NCBI GenBank assembly: GCA_951406725.2
Contig: OX597842.1
Span: 10,106,001 to 10,170,000, forward strand
DNA length: 64,000 bases
DNA from: Octopus vulgaris
Taxonomy: Eukaryota
Direction: 5' to 3'
Shown here: positions 1 to 11,466 of the stretch, piece after piece
Position numbering within the stretch: the first letter of the stretch is position 1
Layout of the letters: every line of letters starts with the position of its first letter
Translations under genes and position numbers: made by a program
The notes under the pieces: model-generated
Seen by the model: the letters and a program-made list of their open reading frames with translations, nothing else
The model's database searches: none
Told to the model about the DNA's origin: nothing

Positions 1-110
1 TGCATGGCACCTTGATGAAGAATGGAAGTCCCTTTTGGTTATACTCCATTGTGAACTGTATGTTTGGGTTGACGCTGTTCAATAGTCTTTTGAATTTCAG
101 GAGTTTATCT
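1..110 (-). pseudogene. Penelope-like retroelement RT fragment
   Basis: Minus-strand translation KLLKFKRLLNSVNPNIQFTMEYNQKGLPF resembles the PLE RT segment (LNS..P.IQFT.E......LPFLD). Confidence 0.6.
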
Positions 111-286
111 TTTTTTAAGAATTTGAGTTATCAAAAGGGGGAGAAATATATCTAATACTGACTAGAGGTATCCTTGGAAAGAAAAGCTTATGAAAAATAA
201 CCACGGTAACCTCAGCAAAAGGTAAAATCTATGAGAGCGAAGTGCTGTCTCTCTCTTTGTTTGTTTTAAAAGTTAATGCTCAAATA

Positions 287-625
287 GACGCAGGAGTGGC
301 TGTGTGGTAAGTAGCTTGCTAACCAAACATATGGTTCTGGGTTCAGTCCCACTGTGTCATTCTTATGTCATCACTCACTTTCATAATCGGAGGCCGACCC
401 ATTCTCAGATTTCCACTGCACTTAGTCTACGTAATATGGCCTTAGCTGAAAAATGTGTGGCTGTGTGGTAAGTAGCTTGCTAACCAACCACATGGTTCCG
501 GGTTCAGTCCCACTGTGTGGCATCTTGGGCAAGTGTCTTCTGCTATAGCCCCGGGCCGACCAATGCCTTGTGAGTGGATTTGGTAGACGGAAACTGAAAG
601 AAGCCTGTCGTATATATGTATTTAT
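287..625 (+). mobile_element. Two 5' heads of a tRNA-derived SINE (octopus-type)
   Basis: GCAGGAGTGGCTGTGTGGTAAGTAGCTTGC...GGTTCAGTCCC (A/B-box-like) at ~287-357 and ~456-625; same family recurs throughout the window. Confidence 0.8.
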
Positions 626-659
626 ATACATAGGTGCAGGAGTGACAAATCGATATATA

Positions 660-1441
660 TTTCTTTACTGCCCACGAGGGGCTAAACATAGAGGGGACAA
701 ACAAGGACAGACAAAGGGATCGAGTCGATTATATCGCCTCCAGTGAGAAACTGGTACTTTATTTATTGACCCCGAAAAGATGAAAGTTAAAGTCGACCTC
801 AGCGGAATTTGAACTCAGGACGTAACGACAGACGAAATACTTATTTCTTTACTGCCCACAAGGGGCTAAACACAGAGGGTACAAACAATGACAGACAAAG
901 GGACTGAGTCGATTATTTCGCCCCCAGTGCGTAACTGGTATTTTATTTATCGACCCCGAAAGGATGAAAGGCAAAGTTGACTTCAGCGGAATTTGAACTC
1001 AGAACGTAACAACAGACAAAATACCCATTTCTTTACTGCCCACAAGGGGCTAAACATAGAGAGGACAAACAAGGACAGATGAAGGGACTGAGTCGATTAT
1101 ATCGCCCCCAGTGTGTAACTGGTACTTATTTAATAGACCCCGAAAGGATGAAAGGCAAAGTCGACCTCGGCGGAATTTGAACTCAGAACGTAGCGGCAGA
1201 CGAAATACCTATTTCTTTACTACCCACAAGGGGCTAAACACAGAGGGGACAAACAAGGACAGACGAAGGGATTGAGTCGATTATATCGACCCCAGTGAGA
1301 AACTGGTACTTTATTTATCGACCCCGAAAGGATGAAAGGCAAAGTCGACCTCGGCGGAATTTGAACTCAGAACGTAACGACAGACGAAATACCGCGAAGC
1401 ATTTCGCCCAGTGTGCTAACGTGTCTGCCAGCTTGCCGCCT
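660..1441 (-). repeat. Tandem array (~4 x ~183 bp) of a second tRNA-derived SINE
   Basis: Repeating unit TTCTTTACTGCCCACAAGGGGCTAAAC...CCCGAAAGGATGAAAGGCAAAGTCGACCTCGGCGGAATTTGAACTC; a complete tRNA-like head only at the right end (~1370-1441). Confidence 0.85.
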
Positions 1442-1444
1442 TCT

Positions 1445-1644
1445 AGTAGCCCTTCAATATAGGTCCACAGCTCTGAAATATGTGGACACTGCATGAGTGC
1501 GTGCAGAACGGTTTCAAACATTCTGACCACCTCTTGGGCAGGTCAGTTTGGTATTTCTTAAACTTCTCTGTAGATCTTCTCTTGAACAGGCAATGCTTCC
1601 CTATAGCACTTCCAGGGCAAGCATCTCTGGAAATTGTCCATAGG
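1445..1644 (-). pseudogene. L1/Tx1-type LINE ORF2 C-terminal zinc-binding (zf-RVT-like) fragment
   Basis: MDNFQR..WKCYREALPV...ETVLHALMQCPHISELW, with in-frame stops; joins the fragment at 6326-6545. Confidence 0.7.
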
Positions 1645-2060
1645 CACAGGAGTGGCTGTGTGGTAAGTAGCTTGCTAACCAGCCACATGGTTCCGGGTTC
1701 ATTCCCACTGCGTGGCACCTTGGGCAAGTGTCTTCTACTATAGCCTCGGGCTGACCAAAGACTTGTGAGTGGATTTGGTAGACGGAAACTGGAAAAAGCC
1801 CGTCGTATATATGTATATATATATATATGTATGTATGTATGTGTGTATGTTTGTGTGTCTGTGTTTGTCCCCCCACCATTGCTTGACAACCGATGCTGGT
1901 GTGTTTACATACCCGTAACTTAGCGGTTCAGCAAAAGAGACTGATAGAATAAGTACTAGGCTTACAAAGAATAAGTCCTGGGGTCGATTTACTCGACTAG
2001 AAGGCGGTGCTCCAGCATGGCCACAGTCAAATGACTGAAACAAGTAAAAGAGTAAAGAGA

Positions 2061-2062
<2 letters not shown>
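1643..2062 (+). mobile_element. Full-length tRNA-derived SINE
   Basis: tRNA-like head, internal TA/TG microsatellite, 3' ...GCTCCAGCATGGCCACAGTCAAATGACTGAAACAAGTAAAAGAG tail. Confidence 0.85.
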
Positions 2063-2090
<28 letters not shown>

Positions 2091-2094
<4 letters not shown>

Positions 2095-4058
2095 ATAAAA
2101 CGGTAAGATAACAAAAGAAAGAAAGAGACCTCAATATTATGTAAATAGAGGAAATTTATCTATACAATATGTTACATTACTCGGTAGTCAAGATAAAACT
2201 CTGAGTTTCAGATGCCGAAGTGGAAATCCACAACACCATCTCTTCGGTTATCTGGCTATTTGAAAACGTTATGAAAAAATAGCGTTAAAAATGAAGGGAA
2301 ATTACTCTGTTATAACTCTGCTTTGCCTGCGTACTTATACATCGCTCGCATTTTTCGTCATAAAAATTATATAAAAATACATAAAAATATATAAAAATAT
2401 ATAAAAATATATAAAATCTTCTTGGGACATAACACAGAAAGCATGTTCTATCCGTTTTCTTTAGGGGACCAAAAACGTAACAGAAATTTAGTCACATGTG
2501 GGCATGATCCGAAAAGCTCTGTCCTTGTATTTAGACATGTGGTAGGGTCTAAGCTGCTTTTCCAGATAAGCCATCTCTCCATGTCGCATAAACCGCACCT
2601 TCCGCTGCCGTTAGTATAGGGCTTACATCTGGCCAAAATCTTCCATTGTATGTTATAATCGACACCTTTATCTCTTAAAGACCAAATATGATTGGATAAT
2701 TGTGTCGCTTTTCTTTTGTTCCAGTGCCTAAAGCTCAAAGTGTGGTTATTGAACCTGGCCTTGAAATTACCCTCTGTCAGGCCCACGTATTTCTTCGTCG
2801 AAACGGTGTCTTTAGTGGTTATAGAGTTTACGGTAGCTTCATATATGATGGTCTTGGACATGCAAGCCCCATTTAGCGGGCACAATTCTTTATTCCTGCA
2901 TGAACAGCTGTTTTCTTCTTGTGTTTTTTGTATGTTATGATTGATTATGTTTTTAAAATTGGTAGTTGAACTAAAACTAATTTTTAAATTGTGTCTATTG
3001 AAGAGTTTCCTATAAGCATGGTTAACTGGAAAATGTCTATCTATCAGTGCTAGGAAATATTTACCTATATTGAAGGCCACCTCGGGTGAGTAAGGGGGCG
3101 TAAACCAGATGACCTTCCTATTTCTATTATTCCTTTTCCTTATTGTTGGGCTGGTGATAGGTGTATATTTTATTTTTTCGCTAAAACCACTATCTTTTAA
3201 AGCTTTATTATAAACTGGGGCAACGCTATTGAAGATGTCCTCATTAGATGAGAGGCTAGAAATCCTCTTACTAATATTTTTAACTAAATTTTTGAATACT
3301 ATAGGGTGATGGCATGAACCTACATTAATATAACTTAGTCTATCATTGGGCTTCCTATAAGGCTTATAAATATTATTATTAAGATCTAAGGAAACGTCTA
3401 AGAAATTGACAACCGTCAGGTTAGTGTCTATAGTTATACTAAGTCCGAAGTGTTTCATTAACTGGATAATATCCTTCCTAAAACGATCTTGTGCTGGTCC
3501 ATTTGTATTAGCTGTTAAGGCGAGGGCATCATCTTTGTAGATGGCGAAACGTACGTTAGGGAATGTCTTACCGAAGGTATCTAGGAGAAAGAGTCCAATT
3601 AGATCACAGATGCCTGCCCCATCATATGAACCCATGCTCACATCGAAAGCGCCCTCCGTGTCGGTGTTTTTTACCCACTTTGCATTCTCACTGAAAAGTA
3701 ATGTCTTTCTAGCATGGAAGATTATATCCTTATCATTGGTACTAATTTCTATGAAGTCACTAGCGAAGATTAGGGCTTTATCTAGCAGTTCTTTAGAGAT
3801 AGAGGCATAAAAATCAACAATATCGAATTGTGTAAACCTCGCTTTTTTCTTATTCTTAATAGCTTTAAACCAGTCTACGACTTCTATACTATTGGACCAT
3901 TGCACTAGCCTAGTATCGGTCTTAATTTTCGTATTTATTTTATCTAAAATTTCTTTGCTAATAATCCCTAGTTCTGACTTGGCTGGGTTGATAAGCCTAC
4001 ATTTAGGGTTGGAAAGGAAGTTTTCTTTGTGGTCTTTAATAGTAATACAGGCCTCTTT
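2091..4058 (-). mobile_element. 5'-truncated Penelope-like element (left arm of palindrome), open RT + GIY-YIG frame 2448-4058
   Basis: RT motifs QFDIVDFYASIS, MGSYDGA, IYKDD, NFLDV, YRKP; Cys cluster CSC..ELCPLNGAC; GIY-YIG IIYEATV...YVGLT..FKARFNNH; C-terminal CGLC..E...CPH. Codons from 4059-4241 in the ORF track are palindrome read-through. Resembles Naiad-type PLEs (inference). Confidence 0.92.
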
Positions 4059-4074
4059 ATAAACCCTCCCCCAA

Positions 4075-5954
4075 AAAGAGGCCTTTATTACTATTAAAGA
4101 CCACAAAGAAAACTTCCTTTCCAACCCTAAATGTAGGCTTATCAACCCAGCCAAGTCAGAACTAGGGATTATTAGCAAAGAAATTTTAGATAAAATAAAT
4201 ACGAAAATTAAGACCGATACTAGGCTAGTGCAATGGTCCAATAGTATAGAAGTCGTAGACTGGTTTAAAGCTATTAAGAATAAGAAAAAAGCGAGGTTTA
4301 CACAATTCGATATTGTTGATTTTTATGCCTCTATCTCTAAAGAACTGCTAGATAAAGCCCTAATCTTCGCTAGTGACTTCATAGAAATTAGTACCAATGA
4401 TAAGGATATAATCTTCCATGCTAGAAAGACATTACTTTTCAGTGAGAATGCAAAGTGGGTAAAAAACACCGACACGGAGGGCGCTTTCGATGTGAGCATG
4501 GGTTCATATGATGGGGCAGGCATCTGTGATCTAATTGGACTCTTTCTCCTAGATACCTTCGGTAAGACATTCCCTAACGTACGTTTCGCCATCTACAAAG
4601 ATGATGCCCTCGCCTTAACAGCTAATACAAATGGACCAGCACAAGATCGTTTTAGGAAGGATATTATCCAGTTAATGAAACACTTCGACTTAGTATAACT
4701 ATAGACACTAACCTGACGGTTGTCAATTTCTTAGACGTTTCCTTAGATCTTAATAATAATATTTATAAGCCTTATAGGAAGCCCAATGATAGACTAAGTT
4801 ATATTAATGTAGGTTCATGCCATCACCCTATAGTATTCAAAAATTTAGTTAAAAATATTAGTAAGAGGATTTCTAGCCTCTCATCTAATGAGGACATCTT
4901 CAATAGCGTTGCCCCAGTTTATAATAAAGCTTTAAAAGATAGTGGTTTTAGCGAAAAAATAAAATATACACCTATCACCAATACAATAAGGAAAAGGAAT
5001 AATAGAAATAGGAAGGTCATCTGGTTTACGCCCCTTACTCACCCGAGGTGGCCTTCAATATAGGTAAATATTTCCTAGCACTGATAGATAGACATTTTCC
5101 AGTTAACCATGCTTATAGGAAACTCTTCAATAGACACAATTTAAAAATTAGTTTTAGTTCAACTACCAATTTTAAAAACATAATCAATCATAACATACAA
5201 AAAACACAAGAAGAAAACAGCTGTTCATGCAGGAATAAAGAATTGTGCCCGCTAAATGGAGCTTGCATGTCCAAGACCATCATATATGAAGCACCGTAAA
5301 CTCTATAACCACTAAAGACACCGTTTCGACGAAGAAATACGTGGGCCTGACAGAGGGTAATTTCAAGGCCAGGTTCAATAACCACACTTTGAGCTTTAGG
5401 CACTGGAACAAAAGAAAAGCGACACAATTATCCAATCATATTTGGTCTTTAAGAGATAAAGGTGTCGATTATAACATACAATGGAAGATTTTGGCCAGAT
5501 GTAAGCCCTATACTAACAGCAGCAGAAGGTGCGGTTTATGCGACATGGAGAGATGGCTTATCTGGAAAAGCAGCTTAGACCCTACCACATGTCTAAATAC
5601 AAGGACAGAGCTTTCGGATCATGCCCACATGTGACTAAATTTCTGTTACGTTTTTGGTCCCCTAAAGAAAACGGATAGAACATGCTTTCTGTGTTATGTC
5701 CCAAGAAGATTTTATATATTTTTATATATTTTTATGTATTTTTATATAATTTTTATGACGAAAAATGCGAGCGATGTATAAGTACGCAGGCAAAGCAGAG
5801 TTATAACAGAGTAATTTCCCTTCATTTTTAACGCTATTTTTTCATAACGTTTTCAAATAGCCAGATAACCGAAGAGATGGTGTTGTGGATTTCCACTTCG
5901 GCATCTGAAACTCAGAGTTTTATCTTGACTACCGAGTAATGTAACATATTGTAT

Positions 5955-5957
<3 letters not shown>
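4075..5957 (+). mobile_element. Inverted, frameshifted copy of the same Penelope-like element (right arm)
   Basis: Near-identical reverse complement of ~2160-4058; 1-bp deletions (near 4688, 5031, 5293, 5614) break the ORF into 4228-4698, 5048-5299 and 5341-5634. Confidence 0.92.
5858..5931 (+). ncRNA. Hammerhead-ribozyme-like motif in the PLE 3' terminal region (mirror copy 2185-2258, minus strand)
   Basis: Stem I AGATAA/TTATCT; core CCGAAGA (variant of CUGANGA); stem II GATG...CATC; GAAAC; near-loopless palindromic stem III ACTC-A-GAGT; GUU cleavage triplet. PLE terminal repeats are known to carry minimal hammerheads. Confidence 0.6.
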
Positions 5958-5993
<36 letters not shown>

Positions 5994-6109
5994 TATATAT
6001 ATGTATATTTATATACATATATATATATACATATATATATATATAACGGGAAGCTTTATGAAAATAGACAAAAGATGAAGGCAGGTTTATATATATATAT
6101 ATATATGCA

Positions 6110-6324
6110 TGTGTGTGTATATGTTTGTGTGTGTGAGACCCCCCAATATCACTTGACAACCGATGCTGGTGTGTTTACGTCCCCGTAACTTAACAGTTCT
6201 GCAAAAGAGACCGATAGAATAAGTACTAGGCTTACAAAGAATAAGTCCTGGGGTTGATTTGCTCGACTAGAAGGCAGTGCTCCAGCATGGCCGCAGTCAA
6301 ATGACTGAAACAAGTAAAAGAGAG
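6110..6324 (+). mobile_element. SINE 3' half
   Basis: Matches ~1845-2062. Confidence 0.8.
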
Positions 6325-6325
6325 T

Positions 6326-6545
6326 ATAGGACTCGGCCCGAAAGTGGTCCTGAAGAGGCAAGTCAGGTATTTCTTGTCAATGCCCAGATTCTCCCCAAGA
6401 ATGGCATCAGACCTCCCCTCCACTAGTCCTCCATAGAACGTTTTGGTGGATTTGAAGTTACACATGTCTGAACCTGGACGGCAAAGCTGCTCCAGAGCTT
6501 GGCAACACTGGTGGTACCATTTGCCCAACTTAGTTTCTGCTTGAT
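6326..6545 (-). pseudogene. L1/Tx1-type LINE ORF2 fragment (post-RT)
   Basis: WYHQCCQAL...STKTFYGGLVEGRSDAILGENLGID...LFRTTFGPSP; continues in frame into 1644 across a shared ATAGG. Confidence 0.6.
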
Positions 6546-8030
6546 CCATCATCATCATCATTGTTCGACCATGGTCGAGACAATGGAATTTACCATGCTA
6601 CGCCAGACTTCACCGTCCATCATGGCATTACAGAGGTCCTGTTGCTGGATGCCTGTATCCCTGGAGATTACATCAGGGTAGGAGAGTGTGCAGCCTCTGG
6701 TATCGCGACCGTGGTCGAGACAATTGAATTTACCATGCTACGTCAGACTTCACGGTCCATCATAGCATTATGGAGGTCCTGTTGCTGGATGCCTGTATCC
6801 CTGGAGATTACATCAGGGTAGGAGTGTGTGCAGCCTCTGGTATCGCGACTGTGGTCGAGACAATGGAATTTACCATGCTACGCCAGACTTCTCGGTCCAT
6901 CATAGCATTACGGAGGTCCTGTTGCTGGATGCCTGTATCCCTGGAGATTACATCAGGGTAGGAGTGTGTGCGCCCTCTGGTATCACGACCGTGGTCGAGA
7001 CAATGGAATTTACCATGCTATGCCAGACTTCACGGTCCATCATAGCATTACGGAGGTCCTGTTGCTGGATGCCTGTATCCCTGGAGATTACATCAGGGTA
7101 GGAGTGTGTGCGCCCTCTGGTATCACGACCATGGTCGAGACAATGGAATTTACCATGCTACGCCAGACTTCACGGTCCATCATAGCATTACGGAGGTCCT
7201 GTTGCTGGATGCCTGTATCCCTGGAGATTACATCAGGGCAGGAGAGTGTGCACCCTCTGGTATCACGAGTAGATGGCTTCCAGAGGAGAAGAGTAAAAAT
7301 TACCTCATTTTCAGCTCTACAACAATGTCCAGCAAACTGGACTCTCCTACCTTTCACAAGAGATGATACAGGTGGTAGTTTTCCATATATTTGTACTTTG
7401 GTTGGATGATGCAACAGGACCTCCGTAATGCTATGATGGACCGAGAAGTCTGGCGTAGCATGGTAAATTCCATTGTCTCGACCACAGTCGCGATACCAGA
7501 GGCTGCACACACTCCTGCCCTGATGTAATCTCCAGGGATACAGGCATCCAGCAACAGGACCTCCATAATGCTATGATGGACCGTGAAGTCTGACGTAGCA
7601 TGGTAAATTCAATGATACAGGTGGTAGTTTTCCATATATTTGTACTTTGGTTGGATGATGCTTCCACGAGAGATTTTGAGCTCTCATAAGGAGGTGAGTG
7701 TAGCTCAAAATCTCTTGTGGAAGCGTCATCCAACCAAAGTACAAATATATGGGAAACTACCACCTGTATCATCTCTTGTGAAAGGTAGGAGAGTCCAGTT
7801 TGCTGGACATTGTTGTAGAGCTGAAAACGTGGCAATCTCTACTCTCCTCCTCTGGAGCCATCTACTCGCAATACCAGAGGGCGCACACTCTCCTACCCTG
7901 ATGTAATCTCCAGGGATACAGGCATCCAGCAACAGGACCTCCGTAATGTCATGATGGACTGTGAAGTCTGGCGTAGCATGGTAAATTCCATTGTCTCAAC
8001 CACGGTCGAATAATAATGATGATGATGATG
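6546..8030. mobile_element. RTE-like LINE 3' end: 5 x 140-bp tandem units plus nested inversions, with (CAT)n and (GAT)n tails at the two outer ends
   Basis: RRVQFAGHCCRAENE..LLLWKP..RG..LSYPDVISRDTG...MMDREVWRSMV read on both strands; 140-bp period across ~6565-7267. Confidence 0.8.
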
Positions 8031-8044
8031 TGTTCCAGTTTTGT

Positions 8045-9075
8045 TATTCTAGGGTCGGGACAAGGTCCAACTATCAAATGGTAGTAGATGACATGCGATA
8101 TATACATTAGCCACCTCAGTCAGACCTTTTAGAGATAGCTTCGTCTTGGCCCATTGCTGGGTGAGAATGACCACTCTACTTGTTATCTTGTCCCAGTTCT
8201 TCTCCATTTGGATATTTGGACCGAACCAGACCCCAAGTAATTTAACCAGCCTGTTGGTCCAGGGTCCCATAGTGGAGATGCTGTTGGACAGCATGGGCTT
8301 GCTTCTCCAGGTGCCGAACTGCAAATCCACTGAATTTTCCTGGTTAATTTTTGCTCCCGTTGCTCTTCTATATTTTTTTAGTGTCGCGCCAACCAGGTCG
8401 ATGTGCCTGAGGCGTGACACGGATGGTGACATCGTCCACATATGCAAACATGCTTGTCCTGCATCCCGGTTCTCACGGGATGCCCTTCAGCATCACCAGC
8501 TTCCGTAGTAGTGGCTCTAGAGTCAATACATATAGAAGTGACGAGAGGGGGCATCCCTGACGGCCCAAACGAGTGATGTTGAAAGGTTTGGACAGACGGC
8601 CATTCATTCGAACTACCGAGCAGATGCTGGTGTATAAAGCAGTGATCCAACCGTGGAAGACGGGACCGAAACCAGCCTCCTTGAGGACACCCGCTTTCGA
8701 TTGATCCAAATTGATCAGCACCTCATCCATGCCAGGCTCCTTATCTACCCTGTCCATGATGTAGCACATGAGGTGGAGGTTGTCAGGCATAGTTCTCCCC
8801 AGCATGGCGCATATTTGCGCCTTGTCGGCTAGTTTCTTGATGACAAGCACCAACCCCTCGGCTAGCACTTTAGGCCAAAATTTAAAAATCTGTGTTGAGC
8901 AGAGTGATGGGCCGGAAATTATCTATATTGTTCCCCTTGTCTGGGTCTTTCTTTAGTAGTGTCACTACTCCCTGGCTCACAAAACTAGGGAAACCCTCGT
9001 TTTGCTGCCAGTTGCAGTAGGCTGTTGCCAAAAGATCCCCAAAGAAGTCTGGCATATGACAATTAAGCTCATATA
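8045..9075 (-). pseudogene. L1/Tx1-type LINE reverse transcriptase remnant
   Basis: NFRPITLLNTDFKILA, LINLDQSKA, RQGCPLS.LLY.L.LEPLL, GAKIN..NS, KLLGVWFG, LSLKG in shifted frames. Confidence 0.85.
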
Positions 9076-9077
9076 TC

Positions 9078-9129
9078 AGACAGACAGCTAGATAGATAGC
9101 TAGATAAAAACATAGAGATATAGATAGAC

Positions 9130-9166
<37 letters not shown>

Positions 9167-9277
9167 TAGATAGATAGATAGAAACAGATAGATAGAGAGA
9201 GAGAGAGAGAGACAGACAGATAGATAGATAGACAGCTAGCTAGCTAGATAAATTGATAGATAGATAGATAGAAACAG

Positions 9278-9310
<33 letters not shown>

Positions 9311-9385
9311 CAGACAGATAGATAGATAGACAGCTAGCTAGCTAGATAAATTGATAGATAGATAGATAGATAGATAGATAGAAAC

Positions 9386-9418
<33 letters not shown>

Positions 9419-9456
9419 CAGATAGATAGATAGACAGCTAGCTAGCTAGATAAATT

Positions 9457-9502
<46 letters not shown>

Positions 9503-9569
9503 TAGAGAGAGAGAGACAGACAGACAGACAAACAGGCAATCAGACAAACATATAGATAAATAGACAGAC

Positions 9570-9661
<92 letters not shown>

Positions 9662-9730
9662 TGATAGATAGATTGATAGATAGATAGATAGATAGATAGA
9701 TTGATAGATAGATAGATTGATAGATAGATT

Positions 9731-9761
<31 letters not shown>

Positions 9762-9790
9762 TGATAGATAGATTGATAGATAGATAGATT

Positions 9791-9829
<39 letters not shown>

Positions 9830-9840
9830 TGATAGATTTA
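9078..9840. repeat. (GATA)n/(GA)n/(GACA)n compound microsatellite
   Basis: Direct inspection. Confidence 0.95.
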
Positions 9841-11435
9841 CAAAGAGAGTGCTATGAAAGAGCAGGGTAAGGAGAAGAGAGAGGGAGAGTTAAGCGAGGG
9901 AGAGTAGTGAGATAAAAAAAGGTGAAAGGAAACAAAGAATAAGGAGATAAAAGTACTGCTGGAAAGAAAGGAAAAGGAAACAGTAGAAGGCGAAAGGAGA
10001 GAGAGAGAGAGAGAGAAAACGAGAGAAAGAGTGGGATGTAGTGTGGGGGAATGGTAAGAGTAAAGAAAGTGTAGAGAGTGATGTGCGTCATTGAGAGATG
10101 ATAGAAGTATAATGGAGGAGGGGGAGAGTGATGCAAAGAGAGAGAGAGAGAAGGGGGAGGTGTGGGAGAGGTATTGTAACAAAGAAGGGAGGAGGGGGAA
10201 AGAAGAGAAGCAATGGGAGGTAAAGAAAGGAGGGAAAACGAGAGGAGAGACACAGTGGGATGAAAAGGGAGTAGGAGAATAAACGGGGGAGGGAGGAGTG
10301 TAGCAGCATCAAGAGAAGAACAAAGAAGGGGAAGGAAAAGAATAGAGAACTATGGAGGAGATGAGGAGGGGGAGGAGGTGGAGGTGGAGGAGGAGAATCA
10401 GTGACAGAAGAACAAAGAAGAAAGAGAAGTGATATAAAGAGGGAGTAGTGGAGGGAGGACTCGAAGCTGCAGGAGAGGTTCAAGGAGAAAGGAGGATGAG
10501 ATGAGGGGAAGTGATAGGAGGTTAATAAGGAGGAAGGGCAAAGCAGCAGTCGGTGAAAGAACAAGGAAAAGGCGAAAGGTGGAGGAGGAGGAGGAGAGTA
10601 GGAGAAGCATAAGGAGGGAGTAGGAGTATGAGGAGGTAGAAAGAGAAAGAAGACAGAGAAAGAAAAGAAGAGAATGAAGAAAGATAAACAAGAGGAGAGA
10701 GAGAGGGAGGAGAGATAGTGAATTGAGTAAGGAGGAAAAGGAGGGAAAAGATGAGAAGATAAAAGGCCAAAAGAGAAATGGAGAGAAAAGGAGGAGGAGA
10801 ATGAATAGGAGGGAGAAAGAGAAGATAAAAGTGAGGAGGAAGAGAAAGGGTATAAGTAGAGAGTGAGAGAGTGGACAGGAGAAGGAAAGGAAATACAAAA
10901 AGGAGAGAGAGAGAGAGGAGAATAAAATGAAAAAGAAAGATGGAGTATGAGGAATAGTAAGAAGAAGCAGATATCAAAACAGATGAAAGAAAGAGAAGGA
11001 GAAAGATAGATAGATAGAGAGAGAGAGGGAGATAGATAGAGATAGAGAGAGAGGAGTAGGAGAGAAAGAAGAGGGGAAAGTAAAGAAGAGAAGAAGCGAA
11101 AGAAATGACGTAAATTTAAGGGAGGAGGAGGAATATGAGTAAGAGAGAAGAAATGTGAAGGAGGAGAATGAATGCGAAGGGGGAAAGGTAAGAGGAGGAG
11201 TAGCGAGAAGAGTAAAGAAAAGAAAGAGTAAGTAAAGTGTTATCAGAAGAGAGGGAGTAATAGCGAGAAGAAAGAGAAAGAGAGAGAAAAGGTAGAGAGA
11301 GAGAGAGAGGAAGAAAGGAAGAGGGGAAAGGAAAGAGGAGGAGTTGTGAGAAGAGTAAAGAAAAGAAAGAGTAAGTAAAGTGTTATCAGAAGAGAGGGAG
11401 TAATAGCGAGAAGAAAGAGAGAGAGAGAGAAAAGG

Positions 11436-11466
<31 letters not shown>

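Noticed and set aside
1370-1441. tRNA-like A/B boxes here and at many other sites
   Set aside because: SINE heads attached to SINE bodies, not cloverleaf tRNA genes
4059-4241. Hydrophobic N-terminus (signal-peptide-like) of the 597-aa ORF
   Set aside because: It is the antisense reading of the opposite palindrome arm
6561-7270. Regular 140-bp repeats resembling a CRISPR array or repeat protein
   Set aside because: No unique spacers, eukaryotic context; units are an RTE-like LINE 3' end
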